In this document: positions 7,901 to 15,995 of the stretch, one piece after another
Numbering within the stretch: the stretch's first letter is position 1
Layout of the letters: each line of letters starts with the position of its first letter
DNA from: Bifidobacterium longum subsp. longum JCM 1217
GTDB lineage: Bacteria > Actinomycetota > Actinomycetes > Actinomycetales > Bifidobacteriaceae
Assembly (NCBI RefSeq): GCF_000196555.1
Contig: NC_015067.1
Coordinates: 2,250,001-2,282,000, forward strand
Direction: 5' to 3'
Length of the DNA: 32,000 bases
The notes under the pieces: model-generated
Told to the model about the DNA's origin: nothing
Seen by the model: only the letters and a program-made list of their open reading frames with translations
Database searches by the model: none
Position numbers and translations under genes: made by a program

Positions 7901-8665
7901 GATCGCGGCGACCTGATCGGCGGTGAGCGCGGCATCGTATACGCGGAAGTTCGAGACCGCGCCCTTGAACAGGTTGTCGGGCCACGGCGAACGGCCGATG
8001 GTGTTGAGCGACTGGTCCTTGACGCTGGACAGTTTGGCCGGCACGGTGCCGGATGCCACCTGCGTGCCGTCGATGTACAGTTTCGCGGCGGTGCCATCAA
8101 TGGTGGCGGTCACCGACAACCATTGGTCGGCCTTGGCCACGCAGGAGCTGGACTGCACGAGCGTCTCCGTACCGCCCGATTTCAGGCCGACGAGCGGGTT
8201 ACGCGAACTGCCGCAGTTGAGCGTGGCGAAGAAATACTCCGTATCGGAGCTGTCGTTACCGATGTTCCACAGGAAATGGAAAGCATTGAGCATGCTGGAA
8301 TCCGCTTTGACCTCCAACTGCACCGTGGCGGCGTCCTTGCCGGACAGCAGATTCGAGGGCAGCTTGACCCAGTCGCCGGTGCCGGTCTTGGCACCGCCGG
8401 AAAGGGTGAGGGCATCATCGGCCCAAAGCGAGTCGGCGGAGTTCTGTACTTCGGCCGCGCCAAGCGTAGCGTTCGGCGCACTGTTGGCCACGGTCTTGCC
8501 GTCACTTGGCTTCGTGGTGAAGTCGTAGGCGGCGATGAGATTATTGGTCGGAACGGTATCGGCCGCGACCGCCGTGGTCGCGCCGATTCCCATGCCGGCG
8601 AGCGCCATCGGCACTGCCAGCATCGCGCCGAGCAGGCGTTTGCCTATCGATGGTTTGGTTGTCAT
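4925..8665 (-). CDS. Cell-wall-anchored two-propeller GH43 glycoside hydrolase (arabinofuranosidase-like), 1246 aa
   Basis: ORF 4925..8842. I prefer the internal ATG at 8665 (GGAAAGAGGAAACCA-ATG), which gives MTTKPSIGKRLLGAMLAVPMALAGMGIGATTAVA as a signal peptide. LamG-like N-domain and Ig-like repeats. Divergent first propeller (SLKDPSLFRMADGTYGVISV). Second GH43 module (RADPSVYKW, SFWAPEIHEIDGRL, AEGPNVTLRDGKLYLMFSG). FIVAR-like helix bundle (DYTAASWKAFAAALASAEKV). C-terminal LSKTGA + hydrophobic helix + RKRQA sorting signal. Confidence 0.9.
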   Translation of the reverse strand: MTTKPSIGKRLLGAMLAVPMALAGMGIGATTAVAADTVPTNNLIAAYDFTTKPSDGKTVANSAPNATLGAAEVQNSADSLWADDALTLSGGAKTGTGDWVKLPSNLLSGKDAATVQLEVKADSSMLNAFHFLWNIGNDSSDTEYFFATLNCGSSRNPLVGLKSGGTETLVQSSSCVAKADQWLSVTATIDGTAAKLYIDGTQVASGTVPAKLSSVKDQSLNTIGRSPWPDNLFKGAVSNFRVYDAALTADQVAAISTADASIHAGELTGSVLNGIIIPTTVDDPFISLPTANGVTWASSDSSVIATDGTVNQPAKGEAAKTVTLTAAVTVRGQTATKEFTVTVNPTTKTAAEQLKEVAAGYVIPSVVRSGDALPAAVNGTTVTVTSTKDVAVEDGKITIDGDEATTGTITVEFSKNGLAGIEPITKAFTVKVLPAAKSATIAAYDRNATGENEANNGDVAYSMHLALQNADGSYTPYNENYGIFFARSPKAQKLNENLDGNDYRSLKDPSLFRMADGTYGVISVRTNRGTATGDSTAKSSVLIATSEDLLTYSEQENSGSIVDLGETNGVNAPYAVYDTASKQYVVGWADDNGVAKYTTFDSLKGSTSKHGSVLYGSVAKSGVLAADGVQGIANFRSGATIAVDEATVKALNTRYGRSENTGTSNLTDITVKKGASIDEVTAQLPKNVDLTYSDGSTGSLPISSWNTEGIDLTKVGDYTVTGTVKQTEYQIPFAEDRADPSVYKWQWTHEADGKEVTETKFLMIASNDIQGDVTWQHGSPHMPFRMADTISGLADEPGNPNALIQSNGYNNKEVSLLKAGDKDSEGNAIMHSFWAPEIHEIDGRLTILFMAGYGNTWSNGKSVYMQLKQDADGHDLDPADPDNWTVPTPIYRNDASLLNGNKQLAATASGGVGMSLDMTYFQDADGRSYYAWQQLGATYIATMDPKDPAHVTSSPVRIVTPEYAWNAAIAEGPNVTLRDGKLYLMFSGSGVGKTYTTGLAVADASGTDLTDPASWTVLNYPIQKSGPFNGEMQLGTGHGMWSEDEDGNQIYVFHAYATKNLGSVNATGRDMFVRRVHWAADGMPVFDMSSSEELASKTVSVTVKVVDDTVTVDKTDLSKALASAKQLRESDYTAASWKAFAAALASAEKVYADENASQKDVDDATAALNKAQAALVKVDGSDSGDGSSDSTKPGDGSSIDAGATGDKTGNKLGLSKTGAAVLGLSGVAVALAAAGIALTLQRKRQA

Positions 8666-8908
8666 TGGTTTCCTCTTTCCGCGCGGTGATACTGCTTGTC
8701 GCGCAACAGATCTAGATGTTGAGTGGTGAAGTTCGGTAATGGCTATTGGAGCTATGGGGCTATAGAGCCTATGCGTCCGACAGCGTCGTCGGACGAACGT
8801 GCGATACGCCCCTCTGATGGGGCCGCGCCATGAAGCAAACAATCCAGTAGGCTGCTTGCTTCACAGCTCGACTCATCCAGAAGGGGCTTGGTCTACGCTG
8901 CAAACAGT

Positions 8909-11900
8909 TCAGGCGCGGCGCTTGCGGAAGGCGTAGGCGGCGCCGGCGGCGGCGAGCAGTATGACCGCGGTGATACCCACACCGAACACCGAGGCGCCGG
9001 TGTTGGACAGAGCGCTGCCCGGCTTGGCGGCGGGCTTTTGCGTGCCGTCATCCTTGCCATCGGTCTTGCCGGAATCGCCGGACTTCTTGACCAGCTTGTC
9101 GACGGCGGACTGGAGCCGAGACAGCGCCTTGTCCACTTCCTGCTGGTCGGTGGAGCTCTGCAACACCTGCTTCGCGTCGGCGAGCGCGGCGGCGAAAGCA
9201 TCCCAACCAGACTGGTAATCAGCCTTGTTATAGCCCTTCACCTTATCGACAAGCGCCTGCAACTTGGACTTGTCCAGCGTGGAGCCGGGCTCGCCGGCCT
9301 TGATGGTGAACGTTGCCGAAGCAGTACCGGAGTACTTGCCAGCGCCGGTTACGGTCACTGTGGCGGTGCCGGGTTCGATGTTGTTCGTGTAGGCCACCGT
9401 GTAGTCGGCGCCTTCCTTGAGCGTCGCGCCATCGAGCGTAACGGTCACGGCCGGTTCCTTGGCAGCACCGTCTGCGGTGAACTCGTTGGGTTCGGCCGTG
9501 ACGACCGCCCCGGAGATGTCAGTGCCAGTCACGGTGACGGTCGCCTCGACCGGCATACGGGAATCGTCCTGGGCGACGCCCTTGACGGTGAAAGTGCCGG
9601 TCTTGGCATAGGAAGCTGCGTCAATGGCATCCCACTCAACTGCAACGTCAGAAACGGAACCGTCCGCATGAGTCAGATGCGCGGTTTCCGGCAGCGTCGG
9701 CGCCACACCAACCGTCGTCTCGGCAGACAGCGCGTCAACGGACTTCACAGCCACAGCCGGAGCGTACGCCTCCAGCACCTTCTGATACTGGGCGCGGGTC
9801 ACGGGCAGCACAGTGCCGTGGCGCGGCTTGCCGCCATCGGAATTGGTCGGGAAGTTCACCTCAGGCATCTTATTGCCGATAACGGTCCACTGACCGCTGG
9901 CGATATCCTCAGTCGCCATCGGCACATAGTGGTTTGGACCTTGATGATAGCTCGGCTGGTCGGCGAACAGGTAGTACTGGTAGCCGTTCACGTCGCCATC
10001 GTTGGCCTTGAATAGCGATGGACCTTCGCCGGAAGTGAAGGTTTTACCGTAACCGTTAGCCTGGCCTTTACCGATGTTCGTGGCAACTTCGCTCCATGCA
10101 CTACCCTTAAGCGCATCGGCGTAGTTCTTCACGCCGGCACCACCAATTGCGGCAGTCAAATCTGTGGACTTCTCCTGACGCAAAGACATCGTGTTTTCAT
10201 CTTTGTAGATGCGGTAGTAGGTATCCCCTACCTTTTGCACGGTCACATCGATGGATCCACTGCCTGCACCACCTCGGCGATCAACGTCAATCCACACTGT
10301 CGGGTCGGAGAAGTTGACGAAGTCATCGGTGGTGACGTACACCATGCGGTTGTAGGTCAGCTGCTTGCGGCTGTTCTCGTCGGTGTTGTCGTACAGGTTC
10401 GAGGCCCAATAGACCACGTACTTGCCGATTTCCTCGTCGTAGTAGGCCTCAGGCGCCCAAGTGTTGCCTGCGTAATCAGAGCTCACCTTGACGTGGCTTT
10501 GCTTGGACCAGTTGACCAGATCGTCGGACTTCCAAATCTCAATGTACTTGGAACCGTTAGCCTGTGCACCAGCAAAGCCATTCAGCCCGTTGAGGGGAGC
10601 ACGACCGTCAATCTTCAGATCGGTAGCAAGCATGTAGAACTTGTCACCATCCTTGGACTTCATGATGAACGGATCGCGCAAACCCTTCTCGCCAAACTCG
10701 GAAGTGAACAGCGGAGTGCCATTGTTCAGCGTGTTCCAGTCGAGCGCATCGTTGCCCTTGGAAGCCGCGAGGCTGATTTTCTCGCCGCCCACGCCCTCGC
10801 CGGTGAAGAACGCCCACACGTAGGCCTCGTCCTTCTCTTCGGCGGCAGGCATCGGCTGAATGGTGACGGTGAAGGTCTTCGTTTCGGTGGCGGTACCGTA
10901 CTTGGCAATGGCTTTGAGCGTCACAGTGACGGCATCGCTACCGGCGGCAGGGCGCTTAACAGTGACCGTTCGAGATTTGTCGTTCACGCCTTCGCCTAGT
11001 GTGGCGATATCCTTGCCACCGGTCACTTCCCACGAGATGGTCGAACCATTGTTGCCCTTGGTGGGCACGGAGAAGTTGCTACGGATGTCGTCGGAGTCCT
11101 CGATGGTGACGACGTCAAGGTCGGCCTTGGCTTGCTCGGCATCGGAGAGCTGCTTCGGCACGAGGACCGTGTAGTCGGCGGTTTTGGCGTTGTTGCCAAA
11201 CGTGGCGGTGAGGATCACCTCGGCATCAGCTGCGGTTGCGGCCGGACGAGTGACTGTGGCCTTGCCGGTAGCGTTGTCAACGGCGATGGCTGCGTTGTCC
11301 GACTTCCACGCGATGCTCACGCCAGCGGCGCTGGTCGGCAGCGCGAAGTCCTCGGTAGCGGATGCGGGCACAGCGGCCTTGACAGCGGCCTCGGCCTTGT
11401 CGAGCACCTGAGCGTCATACAGCTTGGTCACGTCTGCGGCGCTGATGGCAGTGTCGTATACGGCGTAATCGTCCACGTCGAGCTTGGAGTTCGGGTCAGC
11501 GTAGGAGGACTTGCCAATGTAGGCGACGAGGCCGCCGTAATTGGTCAGGCCACCGGCCGGAATGGTGTAGGTGGCGTCTCCAACCTGCTTGCCGTTGAGG
11601 TAGAAGCTCATGGTGCTGTTGGTGCCGCTGATGACGGTGGTGTACAGAGCCAAATCGCTGGTGGCCTTGGTGCCGGTGGTGGCGGCGTTCGTCGATCCAG
11701 GGCCGACTTCGGTGCCCCACGGGCTGTTATTCGGGTCGGCCGCAGTGGCATTGGTCATTACGGATTTCGCGTAGCCACTCGGGTTGGCCGGGTTGAGCAG
11801 CCAGTAGCCGTTGGCCGGATAATTGCCGGTCTTGGCCGCGCCGATGTACGCGGCGGCGGTATTGCCGTTGCCGTAATTGTTCTTGAGCCAGATGGAGACG

Positions 11901-12202
11901 GTAACGTCCTTCTTACCGGCGATGGCCGTGGTCGGCACGCTAATGGTTTGCGAGCCGGTCAGGTTGATCTGGCCATTGGCCACCGTGGCGTCGCCGGATA
12001 GGGTGGCATCGCTGTTGGCCGCGCTGCCCTCGTTGGCGATGGTCTTGGACGTCAGTGCGTTATCGAATGAATAGTGGATGATCGGACTGGCATCGATTGG
12101 CGATGCGCTCTCGGCACTGGCCGTCATCGGCAGCACCAGACCAGCGAGCAGTGTTGCCACGCCGACCGTGAGTCCGGTTGCCTTTCGTATCAGCTTTCCC
12201 AT
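8909..12202 (-). CDS. Cell-wall-anchored GH43 glycoside hydrolase (arabinofuranosidase-like), 1097 aa
   Basis: ORF 8909..12214. The second ATG (12202) sits 5 nt after GAGGAG, giving MGKLIRKATGLTVGVATLLAGLVLPMTASA as a signal peptide. LamG-like module and two Ig-like repeats. GH43 motifs: GLRDPFIMKSKDGDKFYMLATDL, NTWAPEAYYD, GEGPSLFK. Ig-like domains and FIVAR (DYQSGWDAFAAALADAKQVL). C-terminal LSNTGA + TM helix + RKRRA. Confidence 0.9.
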   Translation of the reverse strand: MGKLIRKATGLTVGVATLLAGLVLPMTASAESASPIDASPIIHYSFDNALTSKTIANEGSAANSDATLSGDATVANGQINLTGSQTISVPTTAIAGKKDVTVSIWLKNNYGNGNTAAAYIGAAKTGNYPANGYWLLNPANPSGYAKSVMTNATAADPNNSPWGTEVGPGSTNAATTGTKATSDLALYTTVISGTNSTMSFYLNGKQVGDATYTIPAGGLTNYGGLVAYIGKSSYADPNSKLDVDDYAVYDTAISAADVTKLYDAQVLDKAEAAVKAAVPASATEDFALPTSAAGVSIAWKSDNAAIAVDNATGKATVTRPAATAADAEVILTATFGNNAKTADYTVLVPKQLSDAEQAKADLDVVTIEDSDDIRSNFSVPTKGNNGSTISWEVTGGKDIATLGEGVNDKSRTVTVKRPAAGSDAVTVTLKAIAKYGTATETKTFTVTIQPMPAAEEKDEAYVWAFFTGEGVGGEKISLAASKGNDALDWNTLNNGTPLFTSEFGEKGLRDPFIMKSKDGDKFYMLATDLKIDGRAPLNGLNGFAGAQANGSKYIEIWKSDDLVNWSKQSHVKVSSDYAGNTWAPEAYYDEEIGKYVVYWASNLYDNTDENSRKQLTYNRMVYVTTDDFVNFSDPTVWIDVDRRGGAGSGSIDVTVQKVGDTYYRIYKDENTMSLRQEKSTDLTAAIGGAGVKNYADALKGSAWSEVATNIGKGQANGYGKTFTSGEGPSLFKANDGDVNGYQYYLFADQPSYHQGPNHYVPMATEDIASGQWTVIGNKMPEVNFPTNSDGGKPRHGTVLPVTRAQYQKVLEAYAPAVAVKSVDALSAETTVGVAPTLPETAHLTHADGSVSDVAVEWDAIDAASYAKTGTFTVKGVAQDDSRMPVEATVTVTGTDISGAVVTAEPNEFTADGAAKEPAVTVTLDGATLKEGADYTVAYTNNIEPGTATVTVTGAGKYSGTASATFTIKAGEPGSTLDKSKLQALVDKVKGYNKADYQSGWDAFAAALADAKQVLQSSTDQQEVDKALSRLQSAVDKLVKKSGDSGKTDGKDDGTQKPAAKPGSALSNTGASVFGVGITAVILLAAAGAAYAFRKRRA

Positions 12203-12400
12203 GTTTCTCCTCATTGATAGGGTTGATTGTGGTTGCGCCTTCAGTTATGGAGCGAAGTTTTGTGGCCGCCCTCTGATGAGCTGAGCCGTGAAGAAAACGC
12301 CAGAGTCGTTTTTAGGCGAAGGCGAACGACAGTGAGCAAATATGAAGCCAGCTGAAAGCTGGTCCTTAATTGCGTTCGAGGTGGCCGCCGTTAGGCAGTC

Positions 12401-12531
12401 GGGGGAGAGACCTGCGGCGGCAGCCGCGGGATACAGAATCGGCCGAAGGCCATGCCGTTCTTTCGGTGGCTTCGCCGCGGTCTCTCCCCCAGTCAGCCTT
12501 CGGCTGACAGCCCCCCTCGTCAGAGGGGGGC
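12401..12531 (-). terminator. Three consecutive GC-rich hairpins directly after the GH43 stop at 12549
   Basis: Hairpin 12510-12531: GCCCCCCTC / GAGGGGGGC, 4-nt loop. Hairpin 12492-12508: GTCAGCC / GGCTGAC. Long hairpin 12401-12490: GGGGGAGAGACCTGCGGCG pairs with CGCCGCGGTCTCTCCCCC (18 bp, one bulge). No clear T-tract. Confidence 0.5.
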
Positions 12532-12548
12532 TTGGTTGCCGTAGCAGC

Positions 12549-15500
12549 TCAGGCGCGACGCTTGCGCCAGAGGGTTAGGGAGATGCCGGCGATGGCGAGT
12601 GCTACCACGGCACCACCCAGGCCGAGCACGGCCGTACCGGTATTGCTCAGCGCGCTGCCGGGCTTGTTGACGTTGGTCTTGTCGCCGGTGGTCGGGGTAG
12701 TCGGCTTATTGCCGTCGCCCTTATCTCCGTCACCTTCGCCCGGATTGGTCGGAGCCTTCTGCAGGGCTTCGATTGCGGTCTTAAGGTCGGCTGCGGCGGT
12801 ATCGACCTCGCCCTGATTCTCAGCGGCGAGCGCGGCCTTGGCAGTCTTCAGCGCGGCGGCAAGCTTGGCCCAGGAATCGGCCGTGTAGTCGGATTCCTTG
12901 AGCGCTTCGGCGGCGGCGATCTGCTTGTTGAGCTCAGCCAAATCGACCTTGCCCTGTTCAATGCCGTCAACCGTAGTATCGGATGGATTGACCAAACCAT
13001 CGGTGTAGCCGTCGTAAGCAACCGCAACAGTGCCAGAGACGCTGGCCGGGAGGGTCACAGTGGCCTTGCCTTCGGCGTCGAGCTTCACGGTCTTGGACCA
13101 GTCGCCAGCAGAGAACTTCACCGAACCGGCGAGCGTGCCCTTATCGGCGGAGGTCACCGTGGCGGTGAGCTCGCGGGTGCCGGCGTTGTACACGGCCTTG
13201 GTGGTGGAGTCAACAGCCTCGATGTGCGTCGGGTTGGCAGCGGTCCAGGACTTCGTCACCTTGAGCACAGACTCAGGCACGTTCACGAACGCACCGTGAC
13301 GCACCTTGTCCGGCAGACCGCCGTTAGCACCCTGAGTGATGTAGCCCTGAGCGCCCGGCTCGGCTTTGACCGGCTTCTTTTCGTTGTTGAAGTCCGGGTA
13401 ACGCTTGGTCATCGGGTTGTCCCACGTGGTCTTGGAAAGCTCGGCACCCGTGGTCATAAATGCACGGTAGGCGAAGTTGTCGGACAGCAGAATGTAGCCG
13501 TCGTCGTCCTTCGTGTTGAGTTCGTCATCCTTGTTGAGCTTGATGGTCTCTGGTCCTTCGAACGGCAGCAACGCCTGCTCGAGCAGCTGCCAACCGGTGT
13601 TCGGGTCCTGACCCGGAGATGCCTCGGTGGTCGGTGCAGTCAGCACCTTGGAACGCTCAAGGAAGATGCTCTTACCAGTGGTGATGTAATCGCCAGCGGC
13701 ACCGCCCTGCTCATTCTTGGTGAATCGGTAGTAGTAGCCACCGATCTTACGCACGGTGGAATCAATGCGCGAGTAGCCGGTGTCCTGCCACATCTGCGGC
13801 TCGGTGAAGTTCACGAAGTCGCGGGTGATGGCGTAACGCACCTGAGCATAGGAGCTATTGCCGGTTTTGTCGTTCTTGACCGGAGTGGTACGGGTGTCAT
13901 CAGTGAACATGCGGGAAGAGAAGAACACCACGTAAGCGTTCAGGTCATCATCCCAGTAAGCTTCCGGCGCCCAGGTCATACCGGCGTTCGGCGTGTTGAT
14001 GGTGATGCCGCCGTTGCCGTCGCCGTTGGTACGGGTCCAGTTCATCATATCGGTGGACTCGTAGACCTCAACTTTCCGAGAACCGTTAACCTGGTTCTGG
14101 CTCCAGCCCATTGACGAGACCTTGAGATCAGTGGCAATCAGGTAGTACTTGTCGCCTTCGTGGGAACGCAGCACGAACATGTCACGCAAGCCACCCGTGT
14201 CTGCATCATTGGTAAGTACCGCCTGGCCATTGTTGCGAGTCTTAAACGTGAAGAAATCGTTCTTCTCAGTGGAAGCCACCCAGGCCTTTTCTCCACCGTT
14301 GCTGTCGCTCTCAAAAGTGACGGCCGCATAGCCGGTGTCAGGCGCGATGCGGGTCTTCTCCTTGACAGTGACCTCGATGGTCTTGGTGACCTTCTCACCG
14401 CCGTTGTAGGAAGCGGTGGCGGTCAGCGTAACCGGCTTGGAATCACCGTCGCCGTAGGCCGGACGATTGATGATGCCAGCACCACGATACGGGTCATCGG
14501 CACCAGTGGTCCTGTTTTCGTACTTCTCGTTAGTGGACGTAATGAGCTTCTCGTCCGAGGACTTCCACGTAATCGCCGAGCCGTTCTTGGTGCCCTTGGC
14601 GACTAGCGGCAGATTCTCGGCCGCCGGAACTTTCAGCGCAGCAATCGCGGCATCGAGGTCGGCTGCGGCGGCGTTCTGGGCGTTCATCGGCTCAACGGTG
14701 ACGGGCAGTTCGGCCTTCACACCACCCAGCTCAGTGGTGGCGGTGATGGTGGCAGTACCAGCCTTGACGCCGGTTACAGTACCGTCTGCGGCGACCTTGG
14801 CCACGGACTCATCGGAGGAGGACCAGGTGACGTTCTTGCTCACGGCGTCGTCCGGAGTGACGGTGGCGGTGAGCTTGGTGGAGTCCTTCTCAATCAGGGT
14901 GAGCTTGTTGTTCACCACACCGGTACCGGAAATCGCAACGGCGGTCGGCATGGTCAGGTCAGCGCCCCTGTAGACCTTGATATCATCCATTGCACCATTC
15001 CAGTACTCATCGACGGAGTAGAACGACTTGCCGATGTAGGCGGTGGTCGCACCGAGATCGCTCATCTTGATGCCGGTGTTGGCCTTGAAAATGATCAGGG
15101 CATTGTTGCGGAACACGGCAAGGTTGGTGCCGTCCACGACAATCTTGTAATCGGCCCAGCTGTTGTCGTTGCCGGAAACGGTGACCTTGGATCCCTGTTC
15201 GTTACCCCAGTTGTTGTTGGAGATAACGCCCTTGATGGCGGTCTTGCTGTTGTAGAACATCAGGTACTTGTTGGCGTTGGCCTGATCGGTGGTGTTGGCG
15301 TCGTTCGAGCCGTCCTTGCCGACGATGAACGAGAAGAACTTGCCGCTGTCGTCGTGACGAGTCTTGGACGCGAACTCCAGAGTGAAGGAGTCGCCGGCGT
15401 CCTTGAACAGCTGGTCATCGATCTGGGCGTACTGGCCATCGCCGCGCAGTGAGAGCGCCTCGTTGTTGCTGCGGTCACCGTACTGTTCGATCTTGGCACC

Positions 15501-15746
15501 GTCCTTCAGCGTCAGGTTGTACTTGCCGGTCGAATCGGCAATCGCGCTGTTCGTGGTGCCGTTTTTGCCCGTGAAGTCCCAGCTGGCGAGCAGCGTCGGT
15601 TCAGCAGCCTTAGTAGTCTGCACTGTCGCGGTATCGGTTGTCTGTGGTTGGGAATCTTCCGATTCCATGGCATACGTCGTCGGAACTACTGCCACCATCG
15701 TTGATATTGCAATCAACGATGCTGCCATCTTCTTCCAATGCTTCAC
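12549..15746 (-). CDS. Cell-wall-anchored GH43 glycoside hydrolase (arabinofuranosidase-like), 1065 aa
   Basis: ORF 12549..15746 with a GTG start preceded by AAGGAGAGA. MKHWKKMAASLIAISTMVAVVPTTYA looks like a signal peptide. LamG-like module, then Big_2 (VTWSSSDESVAKVAADGTVTGVKAGTATITA). GH43 motifs: GLRDMFVLRSHEGDKYYLIATDL, MTWAPEAYWD, FEGPETIK. FIVAR (DYTADSWAKLAAALKTAKAAL). C-terminal LSNTGT + TM helix + RKRRA. Confidence 0.9.
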   Translation of the reverse strand: MKHWKKMAASLIAISTMVAVVPTTYAMESEDSQPQTTDTATVQTTKAAEPTLLASWDFTGKNGTTNSAIADSTGKYNLTLKDGAKIEQYGDRSNNEALSLRGDGQYAQIDDQLFKDAGDSFTLEFASKTRHDDSGKFFSFIVGKDGSNDANTTDQANANKYLMFYNSKTAIKGVISNNNWGNEQGSKVTVSGNDNSWADYKIVVDGTNLAVFRNNALIIFKANTGIKMSDLGATTAYIGKSFYSVDEYWNGAMDDIKVYRGADLTMPTAVAISGTGVVNNKLTLIEKDSTKLTATVTPDDAVSKNVTWSSSDESVAKVAADGTVTGVKAGTATITATTELGGVKAELPVTVEPMNAQNAAAADLDAAIAALKVPAAENLPLVAKGTKNGSAITWKSSDEKLITSTNEKYENRTTGADDPYRGAGIINRPAYGDGDSKPVTLTATASYNGGEKVTKTIEVTVKEKTRIAPDTGYAAVTFESDSNGGEKAWVASTEKNDFFTFKTRNNGQAVLTNDADTGGLRDMFVLRSHEGDKYYLIATDLKVSSMGWSQNQVNGSRKVEVYESTDMMNWTRTNGDGNGGITINTPNAGMTWAPEAYWDDDLNAYVVFFSSRMFTDDTRTTPVKNDKTGNSSYAQVRYAITRDFVNFTEPQMWQDTGYSRIDSTVRKIGGYYYRFTKNEQGGAAGDYITTGKSIFLERSKVLTAPTTEASPGQDPNTGWQLLEQALLPFEGPETIKLNKDDELNTKDDDGYILLSDNFAYRAFMTTGAELSKTTWDNPMTKRYPDFNNEKKPVKAEPGAQGYITQGANGGLPDKVRHGAFVNVPESVLKVTKSWTAANPTHIEAVDSTTKAVYNAGTRELTATVTSADKGTLAGSVKFSAGDWSKTVKLDAEGKATVTLPASVSGTVAVAYDGYTDGLVNPSDTTVDGIEQGKVDLAELNKQIAAAEALKESDYTADSWAKLAAALKTAKAALAAENQGEVDTAAADLKTAIEALQKAPTNPGEGDGDKGDGNKPTTPTTGDKTNVNKPGSALSNTGTAVLGLGGAVVALAIAGISLTLWRKRRA

Positions 15747-15841
15747 CGCATCTCTCCTTGTCCTTTGCCTCGACCCACTTGTCGGGTGTCTCGTTCGCCT
15801 CTACGTGAACGCAAACATTATTTGCGATGATACCATTACGG

Positions 15842-15856
15842 CACTGAGACTCAGTG
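15842..15856. promoter_or_regulatory. Perfect 7-1-7 palindrome CACTGAGACTCAGTG, ~100 bp upstream of the GH43 start at 15746
   Basis: Self-complementary 15-mer next to an AT-rich TATATA stretch (15872-15879) that could provide a -10 element on the minus strand. Confidence 0.3.
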
Positions 15857-15995
15857 TGCCAGATTCCTTATGTATATAAGCACTTACAGGGGGGCAACCG
15901 CCCAGCCCGAACACTCCCCGTATGCCAAAAGCCCCCTTCCAAGCCAATCACTAATACCCCTCAATCGGCACCCCGCTCCGCCAGCCGCCCCAAAC

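Noticed and set aside
8666-8842. 59-codon N-terminal extension of the second GH43 ORF (also 12203-12214, 18592-18693, 18911-18973, 21574-21606 and 30423-30482 for other genes)
   Set aside because: In each case an internal start has a much better Shine-Dalgarno and yields a proper signal peptide, HTH or TM N-terminus. The extensions are basic, non-signal-like sequence.
12273-12298. Hammerhead-ribozyme-like CTGATGAG...GAAAC string
   Set aside because: The sequence between CUGAUGA and GAAA (GCUGAGCCGUGAA) cannot form stem II, and no flanking stems I/III are evident. The match is limited to the short core words.
2093-14114. Many 100-375-aa plus-strand ORFs over the GH43 genes (for example 2093-2893, 3467-4057, 5435-6556, 6836-7885, 8888-10015, 10235-10999, 11132-12001, 13224-14114)
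   Set aside because: All are antisense to long minus-strand frames with strong GH43/LamG/Ig/FIVAR signatures. Their compositions (G/V/R/H/A-rich) are typical stop-poor antisense frames in 60% GC DNA.
15889-15894. G6 run upstream of the fourth GH43 gene as a phase-variation tract
   Set aside because: It is too short for efficient slippage and is unremarkable in 60% GC DNA.
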